Below, in pieces: positions 10,119-18,522 of a stretch of 35,813 bases of DNA (position 1 is the stretch's first letter; the number at the start of each line of letters is the position of its first letter). Position numbers and translations under genes: made by a program. The stretch lies in contig JAUWIL010000003.1 in NCBI GenBank assembly GCA_030605385.1, positions 1 through 35,813 of the forward strand. The letters run 5' to 3'. Source of the stretch: Methanobacteriota archaeon. GTDB lineage: Archaea; Halobacteriota; Syntropharchaeia; JAUWIL01. The notes under the pieces are model-generated. The model was not told the origin of the DNA. It saw nothing but the letters and a program-made list of their open reading frames with translations, and did no database searches.

Positions 10119-10841
10119 GTGGAGTCGTTCGACTTGAGCATAAAGCTCCTCATCAGCCCCATGAACCTGGATGAAGTTACCACAGCCGTAGACGGCGGTG
10201 CGGATATTATTGACATTAAAAAACCGGATGAAGGCTCACTTGGTGCCAACTTCCCATGGATCATACGCTCGGCAAAGGAAATGGTGCCTGACGGAACGCC
10301 GGTCAGTGCAGCCATTGGCGATTTCGACTTCAAGCCCGGTACTGCCGCTCTTGCAGCCACGGGTGCCGCAGCTGCTGGCGCCGATTATATAAAAATAGGG
10401 CTGTTTAACATTCACTCTACTGGGGAAGCCAGGGAACTCCTCGGCGGCGTTGTACATGCAGTCAAGGACACTAACAAAAAGGCTCTCGTGGTTGCAGCCG
10501 CCTACTCGGACTTTGAGCGCATACACACGATCTCGCCTCTAAAACTGCCCGGGATTGCTTCTGATGTTGGAGCAGATGTCGTTATGGTAGATACAGGCAT
10601 CAAGGACGGACGCAGTACGTTCGAGTTCATGGGCAGAGATATGCTGCAGTCATTTATCTCGGACGCGAGAGACTATGAGCTGGATTGCGCCCTCGCAGGC
10701 TCCCTGGGGGGTGAGCACATACCGCTGGTTAAAAGTCTGGCACCCGACATACTTGGAATCCGCAGTGCTGTTTGCGAAAACGGCAGAAACTCACCTATAA
10801 GCATCAGCCTTGTAAGAGAGCTTAAGGCAAGGCTGCAGTAA
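10119..10841 (+). CDS. mfnB: (5-formylfuran-3-yl)methyl phosphate synthase (methanofuran biosynthesis)
   Basis: KLLISP, GGADIIDIKKPDEGSLGANFPW, GADYIKIGL, MVDTGIKDG and ALAGSL. Confidence 0.95.
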   Translation: MESFDLSIKLLISPMNLDEVTTAVDGGADIIDIKKPDEGSLGANFPWIIRSAKEMVPDGTPVSAAIGDFDFKPGTAALAATGAAAAGADYIKIGLFNIHSTGEARELLGGVVHAVKDTNKKALVVAAAYSDFERIHTISPLKLPGIASDVGADVVMVDTGIKDGRSTFEFMGRDMLQSFISDARDYELDCALAGSLGGEHIPLVKSLAPDILGIRSAVCENGRNSPISISLVRELKARLQ

Positions 10842-11054
10842 GATGTTTGCACTACCTTTTAGAATACTCTTTAGGAGTATGTTTCAATCGTTTAACCTCG
10901 AAACTGCCTTGTATACTTTTGAAGAAATTAAAAGCACTTGAAACATTCTCTGGAGAAAATATATCGCTAAACGAAAAACGGACTTTTAAGGTAATACAAA
11001 CACACCTAATATAAACAACTTTGTTAGTTGATACTTAATGCTACTTTATCCTTC

Positions 11055-11525
11055 TTACTCATATGCGGCTTTAAAGATTATTTCTTTAGTAGTTTCAACG
11101 AGCCCATAAGGTATTTTGTTTATTTCTATAAGGTGGATAGTATTTTGCGACCAAAACCAAAATAAAATCAGTATGATTATAAGAATAATCAAGAGTGGAA
11201 TAAGAGAACAAGGGTCTGGCAAACATACCTCATAGATCAGAATAGTGACGATATTTAATCCAAATAAGTATATACAACGCTCAAAGTTCTTTAGCATTTG
11301 TTTAACTCTTAACTCACACCCATCTCTTTTTTTATCGATTGCTCCACGAATTAAATCCTTTGTTGTACGCCCCAACTTCTCATTCTTTTCTATCTGTTCT
11401 CTTTTTGTTTCAAGCTCACTCAAAACACCCTGCCGAAGAGACGAGACTCCAACGATTATTGTGTGTAACGCAATCAGACCAAATGAGATAGTATAAAGTG
11501 AAGTGGGAGAGATAAAATAGTTCAT
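11055..11525 (-). CDS. Hypothetical membrane protein (3 TM) in an AT-rich island
   Basis: One N-terminal and two C-terminal hydrophobic helices around a charged helical segment; starts 3 nt after the upstream stop. Confidence 0.7.
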   Translation of the reverse strand: MNYFISPTSLYTISFGLIALHTIIVGVSSLRQGVLSELETKREQIEKNEKLGRTTKDLIRGAIDKKRDGCELRVKQMLKNFERCIYLFGLNIVTILIYEVCLPDPCSLIPLLIILIIILILFWFWSQNTIHLIEINKIPYGLVETTKEIIFKAAYE

Positions 11526-11528
11526 TAT

Positions 11529-12071
11529 TCATATTTCTCCACTATGGCGCGTTAGAAAGTCGAAAGCACGGGCGATACTCTCTCCAATCTTAGGGTTATT
11601 AAAATTAGCAATACCTTCAACGTTGTAACTTTCCTCCTTAAAATCCTCAGGAATATGATGTTTTTCAAACCTAAAGGCATGACCTACGAGGAAAAAGTGC
11701 CCCCAATCTTTTATTCCTAGTTCTTCTTTAGTCTTTTTTAGCCCTTTTATCTTGATATCATTCTGTTTCACAAATTTTAAAAAGTCATAATTCTCAATTG
11801 ATGTTGATTTTTCAACGACTATGCTAATGGGGACATTTCTTTTGATGGCTTCTTCGAAGGCATCTCTAATCGTAGCATGATTATAGAAAATCTCCTCTAG
11901 TTCTCCTGTAAATATCTTTATTGGTTTCTCTTTATCTGCTCTCTCTATCAGAAGCTTTGATATGTAAATTGAGTGTTCAACTGCATCATTTGATATGAAC
12001 AAATTCTTGTTTTTTGTGCATGCCTCATCAACAAAATCCTTCCACTCTAGGTCTATTTTTTTTAACTCCAC
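11529..12071 (-). CDS. Hypothetical protein, possible PLD/TrmB-like alpha/beta fold, in an AT-rich island
   Basis: IKIFTGEL...ISIVV...HFFLVG.AFRFE...ANFNNP pattern. Start set at GTG 12071 after an AGGAGTG RBS. The fold is an inference. Confidence 0.7.
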   Translation of the reverse strand: MELKKIDLEWKDFVDEACTKNKNLFISNDAVEHSIYISKLLIERADKEKPIKIFTGELEEIFYNHATIRDAFEEAIKRNVPISIVVEKSTSIENYDFLKFVKQNDIKIKGLKKTKEELGIKDWGHFFLVGHAFRFEKHHIPEDFKEESYNVEGIANFNNPKIGESIARAFDFLTRHSGEI

Positions 12072-12326
12072 TTTAACCACTCCTTTTGAGGTAGGATATC
12101 CTATTAACGATTTGGTACCTATATCAGAAGTATCAGATAGCATCCGCCACATTAACCATTTTCCTTGTGCAATAGGCTGACAATCATACCATGTGTTGCT
12201 AAATTATATACAGTTATAACTATAGTTTTAACTATTTAATACATTCTATCGGAGACTACTCCTCCCTTTAGGATTTTCTCAACAGTCTTAAGCTCAATAT
12301 CAGGACCATTGTGTATTTCGCCAGAG

Positions 12327-13274
12327 CTATATCTTGTTAACCGGAATACTCACGGGCTCTCCGCGGAAGAATTTGAGCATCTCCTCTGCAACGGTTACTG
12401 CCACCCTGACCTGTGCCTCACTGGTGGATGCACCGAGGTGCGGTACCGCCAGAACATTGCTCATTTTGAGCAGCGGGCTATCTGTCGGCGGCTCCTTCTC
12501 AAAAACGTCAAGAGCAGCTCCTGCTACTGTACCATCCTCTATAGCCTTTGCAAGGGCATCTTCATCTATGATCCCACCGCGCGCACAGTTCACGATTCTG
12601 ACTCCTTTCTTCATCTTCTCGAACTGCTCTTCCCCGATCATGTGGTAAGTCTCTTTATTCTTCGGTGTATGGACCGTGATATAATCAGAGCTCTTGAATA
12701 TCTCGTCCAGCGTTACAGACTCCACCCCTAACGCTTTTACCTTCTCTGGCGGCGCCATTGGGTCGAAACCTATTGTTTTCATGCCCAGTCCCTGCGCCAT
12801 CTTTGCCACGCTGGCACCAATACGTCCGAGCCCGATAATCCCGATGGTTTTACCATTTACTTCAACGCCTTTGAATTTGCTCCGGCTCCACTCTCCTGCG
12901 CGCAGTGATGCGCTTGCTTGGGAAAGGTTTCTTGAGATGCACATCATCATCGCTATGGTGTGCTCTGCGGCTGATTGGGTGTTACCGGCAGGTGCGTTGA
13001 TCACGAGTATCTTTTTCGTGGTGGCATGTTCTACATCTATGTTATCTACTCCAACTCCTGCGCGCCCAACAATTTTAAGGTTCTTCCCCGCGTCAAGTAC
13101 GTCCTTCGTTACTTTGGTCTGACTTCTAACGACAAGTGCATCGTACTCGCCTATTTTTTCTATCAGTTCTTCCGGCGTAAGGTTGGTGTTTACATCAACA
13201 TCTGCCCCGGTTTTGAGTATTTCAACTCCTTCTCCTGCCAGTTTATCGCTGACAAGCACTTTCGGCTTTGACAT
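12327..13274 (-). CDS. serA: D-3-phosphoglycerate dehydrogenase (short form without regulatory domains)
   Basis: VGRAGVGVDNID, AAEHT, GIIGLGRIG, NCARGG, ALDVF and PHLGASTSEAQ; 315 aa. Confidence 0.88.
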   Translation of the reverse strand: MSKPKVLVSDKLAGEGVEILKTGADVDVNTNLTPEELIEKIGEYDALVVRSQTKVTKDVLDAGKNLKIVGRAGVGVDNIDVEHATTKKILVINAPAGNTQSAAEHTIAMMMCISRNLSQASASLRAGEWSRSKFKGVEVNGKTIGIIGLGRIGASVAKMAQGLGMKTIGFDPMAPPEKVKALGVESVTLDEIFKSSDYITVHTPKNKETYHMIGEEQFEKMKKGVRIVNCARGGIIDEDALAKAIEDGTVAGAALDVFEKEPPTDSPLLKMSNVLAVPHLGASTSEAQVRVAVTVAEEMLKFFRGEPVSIPVNKI

Positions 13275-13738
13275 GATACCAGCTCCAATAACTCTTATGA
13301 AATTTTATAATTTTATTTCGCTTATACCCCTACCATCCCTGCTTGTATTGCAAGTTATATCGTGACTACAGGTTATGGCTTCCTTTATTACCACGCCAGT
13401 TATCACACCCATGCTATTATTGTTTTTCGCTTATTTCTCGTTGGTCAGTCGATTACAGTCTCTAACCGAAACCACCACTCTGAAATGTACTGACAGACGT
13501 CTTGATACTACCATCCTCAACTGTCCGGATACTACTATCATGATACTGTCATCTTTACTGTCATCTTGGTATTACCAGATAATATGGGAAATCGAACGAT
13601 ATAAGAGGGGTTATATATTCTTAAGCTTATAATCTGAAAATCTGGAAGAAGTCTGAAGGAGAAGTTCGAAGGCGAAAGCTCGATCTAATGCAGTCTGTCT
13701 GCATCCAATCATATCGTTAGAGCGGAGGCGCATTCAAC

Positions 13739-14875
13739 TTGGATGAAGCCGGCACACCAATAGAAGAGGTAATAGCATCCATTGAGGAGGCTAAGAAGAA
13801 GGACCTTACATATGACCATATTCTGAGTTCCATGTGCACTGATCCGCACCCTATAGCAGTGCACGCCCATGTACGTTTCATCGAATCCAATCTTGGCGAC
13901 AGCGGTCTTTTCCCGGGTACAAAGGAGATCGAAGGGCGTGTCATCGAGATGCTGGCATCTCTTCTTAACTATCCCTCAGGCACCGAGCCTGCTGCCTATC
14001 TGACTACAGGTGGCACTGAGTCCAACATTCAGGCAGTGCGCGTTGCCAGAAACTTAAAAAATACTGATAAACCGAACATTGTCATACCAGCGTCAGCACA
14101 TTTCTCCTTTGACAAGATAGGGGACATTCTGCGCGTGGAGCTGAGGAAGGCGGACGTTGACAATGACCTGAAGGTTGACATCGCATCTGTTGAGAGTCTG
14201 ATTGATGAGAACACTGTTGGATTGGTGGGCATTGCAGGCACAACCGAGTTCGGTCAGATAGATCCGATAAAGGAGCTGTCAGATGTTGCTCTGCGTGAGG
14301 GCATCTACCTGCATGTGGATGCTGCATTTGGCGGATTTGTAATCCCCTTCATCGAGGAGAAATATGACTGGAATTTCAAGGTTGAGGGCGTTTCATCGAT
14401 AACGATTGACCCGCATAAAATGGGTATGAGCACCATTCCATCGGGAGGACTGTTCTTCAGGCGGCAGGAGGATATGGACGAACTCAGCATTGATACCCCA
14501 TATCTGTCAACGAAACAGCAATATTCACTTACAGGTACAAGGAGCGGGGGTGCTGCAGCAGGCACTTACGCGGTACTAAAGCATCTGGGTATGAGAGGGA
14601 TGCGCGAGGTAGTGCAGGAGTGCATCCGCCTTACCAGGATACTCGTGGAAGAAGCAGCCTCTTTTGGCATCTATCCTGTAATCAATCCCGTTATGAATGT
14701 TGTGGCACTTGAGGTGCCGGATATTGACGCTGTGGTCGTAGGTTTGATGCGGAGGGGCTGGAGAGTATCAATTTCCAGGGTGCCGAGAGCACTGAGGCTT
14801 GTTATCATGCCCCACATTTCTGAGGAAACGCTCAGGCTGTTCATCGATGACTTTAGGGACACCATTAAGGGCTGA
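13739..14875 (+). CDS. mfnA: L-tyrosine/L-aspartate decarboxylase
   Basis: ILSSMCT, NLGDSGLFPGT, TTGGTESN, LHVDAAFGG and IDPHKMG (PLP lysine). Confidence 0.95.
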   Translation: MDEAGTPIEEVIASIEEAKKKDLTYDHILSSMCTDPHPIAVHAHVRFIESNLGDSGLFPGTKEIEGRVIEMLASLLNYPSGTEPAAYLTTGGTESNIQAVRVARNLKNTDKPNIVIPASAHFSFDKIGDILRVELRKADVDNDLKVDIASVESLIDENTVGLVGIAGTTEFGQIDPIKELSDVALREGIYLHVDAAFGGFVIPFIEEKYDWNFKVEGVSSITIDPHKMGMSTIPSGGLFFRRQEDMDELSIDTPYLSTKQQYSLTGTRSGGAAAGTYAVLKHLGMRGMREVVQECIRLTRILVEEAASFGIYPVINPVMNVVALEVPDIDAVVVGLMRRGWRVSISRVPRALRLVIMPHISEETLRLFIDDFRDTIKG

Positions 14876-14961
14876 GAACAGCATATTTTTAATCATTTAC
14901 AGAGCACAATATTTTGTATTCGTTCCCTAAACCAGATCCAATTTCACGTGGATGGTAGATC

Positions 14962-16029
14962 ATGGACTACGACTTCGAGCTTGACAGGATTGCCAGCATA
15001 ATAAAGGAGCGCAAGCCTGGAAGGGTGGGAATCCAGCTACCTGAGGGTTTGAAGCGCCGCGCGATGACAATAGCTGATGCTATACAATCCAGTACGGGTG
15101 TTGAAGTAATTATATCGGGCGAGCCGTGCTACGGCGCATGTGACATTGATGAGAACTTGAAGGGCACGGTCGATCTGCTCCTTCACTTTGGGCACTCTGA
15201 ACTCATCGCTGACCCCGAAGAAAAGACCATATACGTAGAACTGCACTCAACCGCGGATGTTGAAAAGGTAGTTCTGGAAGCTGTTGAACACCTCCACGGC
15301 GGGACAATAGGGCTCGTTACGACGGTCCAGCATGTAAACCAGATTGATGCCGCAGTTAGAATACTGCAGAACGCGGGCAAAAAGACGGTCGTGGGTGAAG
15401 GCGATTCGAGGGTGAAGCACCCTGCACAGGTACTGGGATGCAACTTCTCGGCTGCGAGATCGGTGGGATCGGTGGAGTGCGATGAATACCTTTTCATCGG
15501 CAGCGGCGACTTCCATCCGCTGGGTGTGGCACTCTCCACGGGGAGGCGGGTGGTGGTAGCGTATCCGCTTATGGGGGAGGGGAGGGAGGTAAATACAGGG
15601 GCTGCAGAGGCGGTCCTGCGCCAGAGGTATGCCAGGATAGAGAAGGCACGGGATGCACGAACATTTGGCATAATCATGGGCATGAAACCCGGTCAGCAGA
15701 GAATTGGACTTGCTGTGAAGCTTCTGGAAAAGGCGAAAGGTCATGGGCTTGAAACCATCCTGATTGCGGTGCGTGAGATAACCCCTGAAGTGATTATGTC
15801 ATTCGGTATGGATGCATATGTCAGCACGGCATGCCCTAGACTTACCATCGATGATGCAGAGCGCTTTGACCGACCAATCCTCACTCCAGCAGAGTTCGAG
15901 ATAGCGGTGGGAGAAAGGACCCTCGAAGATTACAGGCTTGATGAGATATCTGTGGAAGCGGAGTCTTGCGAAATCAAGGATTTCGCAAATGTCTCACGAA
16001 AGCAAAACCTTCGCAAGATAACAGGCTGA
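14962..16029 (+). CDS. dph2: Diphthamide biosynthesis enzyme Dph2
   Basis: QLPEGLK, CYGACD, HFGHS, QVLGC, GSGDFH and TACPR with the three Fe-S cysteines. Confidence 0.95.
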   Translation: MDYDFELDRIASIIKERKPGRVGIQLPEGLKRRAMTIADAIQSSTGVEVIISGEPCYGACDIDENLKGTVDLLLHFGHSELIADPEEKTIYVELHSTADVEKVVLEAVEHLHGGTIGLVTTVQHVNQIDAAVRILQNAGKKTVVGEGDSRVKHPAQVLGCNFSAARSVGSVECDEYLFIGSGDFHPLGVALSTGRRVVVAYPLMGEGREVNTGAAEAVLRQRYARIEKARDARTFGIIMGMKPGQQRIGLAVKLLEKAKGHGLETILIAVREITPEVIMSFGMDAYVSTACPRLTIDDAERFDRPILTPAEFEIAVGERTLEDYRLDEISVEAESCEIKDFANVSRKQNLRKITG

Positions 16030-16075
16030 TGCTGAAAAAGATTGTGGAGAAACGAAGAGGAAGAAGAGGAAGAGG

Positions 16076-16690
16076 ATGAAGAAAAAGCAACTTGAGATGC
16101 AGCTTGAGAAAATAAAGGGATTTAAAACCCCATCTCCGAGGCTGGAACAGTACGTCACACCTGCGCCGGTAGCCGCGGAACTCCTTCATATGGCGTATAT
16201 GAGGGGGGATATAGAGGGCAGAGTGGTGTATGACCTTGGGTGCGGCACAGGGACACTTGCGATAGGCGCAAAACTGCTTGAAGCCTCTGAGGTGGTGGGA
16301 TTCGACATTGATGCGGAGGCTGTTGAAGTGGCAGAACAGAACTCCCGACTCTTCGGCACGGATGTAAGGTTCATACAATCGGATATAAACGGCGTGCAGG
16401 GAAATGCTGATACCGCGGTCATGAATCCCCCGTTCGGGGCGCAAAATCCTGGGGCAGACAGGCCCTTTATATCTAAAGCTCTCCAGATAGCGCCAGTAGT
16501 ATACTCACTTCACAATGCGGGTAGTGAAGATTTTATCAAAAGGTTTATAGAGCCAAACATCACAAAGGAGCGATGCCCCATAAGCTTTCCTATAAAGTGG
16601 ACTTTTGATTTTCACACTCAGGAAGTGAGGGAAGTGGATGTAGATTTATATATGATGAAGAGAAGAGAAAGGGGAGAAAGAGAGCGATAA
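16076..16690 (+). CDS. METTL5-family N6-adenine RNA methyltransferase
   Basis: LEQYVTP, DLGCGTGTLAIGA, MNPPFG and YSLH; sits in the familiar dph2-methyltransferase-csl4-rpoL neighbourhood. Confidence 0.92.
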   Translation: MKKKQLEMQLEKIKGFKTPSPRLEQYVTPAPVAAELLHMAYMRGDIEGRVVYDLGCGTGTLAIGAKLLEASEVVGFDIDAEAVEVAEQNSRLFGTDVRFIQSDINGVQGNADTAVMNPPFGAQNPGADRPFISKALQIAPVVYSLHNAGSEDFIKRFIEPNITKERCPISFPIKWTFDFHTQEVREVDVDLYMMKRRERGERER

Positions 16691-16750
16691 GTTATAGGGT
16701 TTATATATTGTTGCTAAACAGTGTTGTTGTGTTGTTTAAACAGTTAATGG

Positions 16751-17067
16751 ATGTTTATGGAACTTTGTTCCATAACCGTATGGAGGTGGAGCTTCCATAC
16801 ATGTTTGCGGAACAAAGTTCCGCAACAGTCTAAAAGTTCCACTTTTAGACATGTTTGCAAAAACGTAGTTTTTGCAACCGTATAAAATCAGGAGATTTTA
16901 TACATGTTTACAGAGCAGGGCTCTGTAACCGTATGAAATGCTTTGCATTTCAGACATGTTTGAAAAACCTACGGTTTTTCAACCGTCTAAAACGCAAAGC
17001 GTTTTAGACATGTTTATGGAACGTAGTTCCATAACCGTATGAAAAGCGGAGCTTTTCAGACATGTTT
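16751..17067. repeat. Array of 6 units (50-54 bp), each ATGT + hairpin A + CC/CA + hairpin B
   Basis: Units start at 16751, 16801, 16851, 16904, 16956 and 17010, with a final ATGTTT at 17062; 12 hairpins with 9-11 bp stems and 3-4 nt loops. Confidence 0.95.
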
Positions 17068-17202
17068 AAAACGGGTAATGGGCTTTGAAAACTCAGAACT
17101 GACATAAACCGACATAAACCGACATATATTCTGCAGAAACTAGTGAACGCAGAGCGTTCACAAGACTTTGTATTCGACAAGTAATCAGGAAGTGTTTTTT
17201 TG

Positions 17203-17790
17203 ATGGGCGATGAGATAGGCAGTAAAGTAGAAGAAGGTAGCTTTGTAACTCCAGGGGGCTTTATTGGGACATCGGAGGAGTTTCTGACAGGCACCGGAAC
17301 ATATGAGGAGAAAGGGAAAGTATACGCGTCGACCACAGGGATATTGAACATAAATACTAAAGAACGCATAGTCAGTGTTAAACCCACAGTGAAGACCCCG
17401 CCAATACCCAAAGTGGGGGATATAGTGGTTGGTAGGGTGCTTGATATCAAAGGCTCCATGGTATTTGTGGATGTGGGAAGGATAAAAGGCTCCGAAGACA
17501 GAGAGATAGCCGCTTCAGAGCAGGGAGTTATACACGTATCGAACGTTAAGGAAGCATATGTATCTGAACTGAGCGATGAATTCGGTTATATGGATATTAT
17601 TAAGGCGAAAGTTATTGATGCCAAGGCCATGAGACTCAGCACCTCTGCAAAGGACTTGGGAGTTATAAAGGCAATATGCTCCAGATGTAAAGTGGGCATG
17701 AAGAGGAAGAACGACCGCCTTGAGTGCCCCAACTGCGGAAGAATAGAAATGAGAAAGATCTCAGAGGACTATGGTATGGGAATAATTTAG
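17203..17790 (+). CDS. csl4: Exosome complex component Csl4
   Basis: VTPG...EEF..G.GTYE, S1 domain (PKVGDIVVGRV, IHVSNV), DLGVIKAICSRC...CPNCG zinc ribbon and RKIS. Confidence 0.95.
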   Translation: MGDEIGSKVEEGSFVTPGGFIGTSEEFLTGTGTYEEKGKVYASTTGILNINTKERIVSVKPTVKTPPIPKVGDIVVGRVLDIKGSMVFVDVGRIKGSEDREIAASEQGVIHVSNVKEAYVSELSDEFGYMDIIKAKVIDAKAMRLSTSAKDLGVIKAICSRCKVGMKRKNDRLECPNCGRIEMRKISEDYGMGII

Positions 17791-17876
17791 TTCTTGGGGT
17801 TGATGTTTAGAGCTGATTTAGAGCTGATGTTAGGATTTAGGATTGACCATTAACCGGGACTTCAGATTATAACAAG

Positions 17877-18167
17877 GTGACACTCTTGGAGATAAATATA
17901 CTGGAAAAGTCGGATAAGGAGATAAAGGTAGAGGTAGTTGGGGAGGACCATACATTTATGAACGCCCTAAAGGCCGCACTCCTCGAGGACAAGCGCGTCA
18001 ATGTTGCAACATACGATATTGAATTTCCTACAATTAGTGACCCCGTACTTCACGTAATGACAACGAGCAAACCGATCCCAATTCTAAAGGCTGCGGCGAA
18101 GCGACTGATCAAACAGTGCGACAAATTCTCTGATAAATTCGGCAAGAGTATTGAGGAAAAGCAGTAA
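17877..18167 (+). CDS. rpoL: DNA-directed RNA polymerase subunit L (Rpo11)
   Basis: GEDHTFMNALK motif; immediately downstream of csl4. Confidence 0.93.
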   Translation: MTLLEINILEKSDKEIKVEVVGEDHTFMNALKAALLEDKRVNVATYDIEFPTISDPVLHVMTTSKPIPILKAAAKRLIKQCDKFSDKFGKSIEEKQ

Positions 18168-18223
18168 ACAGTGCCGCGCGTCAAAATCCACCTACAGGCC
18201 AGGTTTGCCGTCCGCATCTTATG

Positions 18224-18335
18224 GTGTTTGCAAAATCGAAGATTTTGCAACAGTATAAAAACCGAAGGTTTTCAGACATGTTTGTAGAACCACGTTCTAC
18301 AACCGTCTAAAACACGCAGTGTTTTAAACATGTTT
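18224..18335. repeat. Second alternating-hairpin array of the same family, 2 units
   Basis: GTGT-TTGCAAAATC gaa GATTTTGCAA-CA-GTATAAAAACC gaa GGTTTTCAGAC-ATGT-TTGTAGAAC cac GTTCTACAA-CC-GTCTAAAACAC gca GTGTTTTAAAC-ATGTTT. Confidence 0.93.
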
Positions 18336-18522
18336 TAGAGGGTTTTGACACCGTTCAGACCGTTAGGTCCGATCCAGGGTGTTGAGTCCAGGGTATTAAG
18401 AAATTATTTACCTAATCAGTAACATCAATATCATACATAGTGTAAACTATGGTGTAAACTCCATAAACCCAAAAAGGTGATGCACAATCCTTCAAATTCT
18501 TCAACTTATACCGGCCGAGTTT

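Noticed and set aside
12327-13274. serA as a truncated pseudogene
   Set aside because: Short PGDH forms without ASB/ACT domains are known, catalytic motifs are intact and the ORF ends cleanly.
13375-13632. 85-aa ORF between serA and mfnA
   Set aside because: Low-complexity divergent promoter region with no recognisable motif or RBS.
16751-17067. CRISPR array or TIGR-like guide array
   Set aside because: The variable segments are self-complementary hairpins rather than unique spacers, the constant parts are under about 12 bp, I see no regular box C/D motifs, and no cas or Nop-domain gene is nearby.
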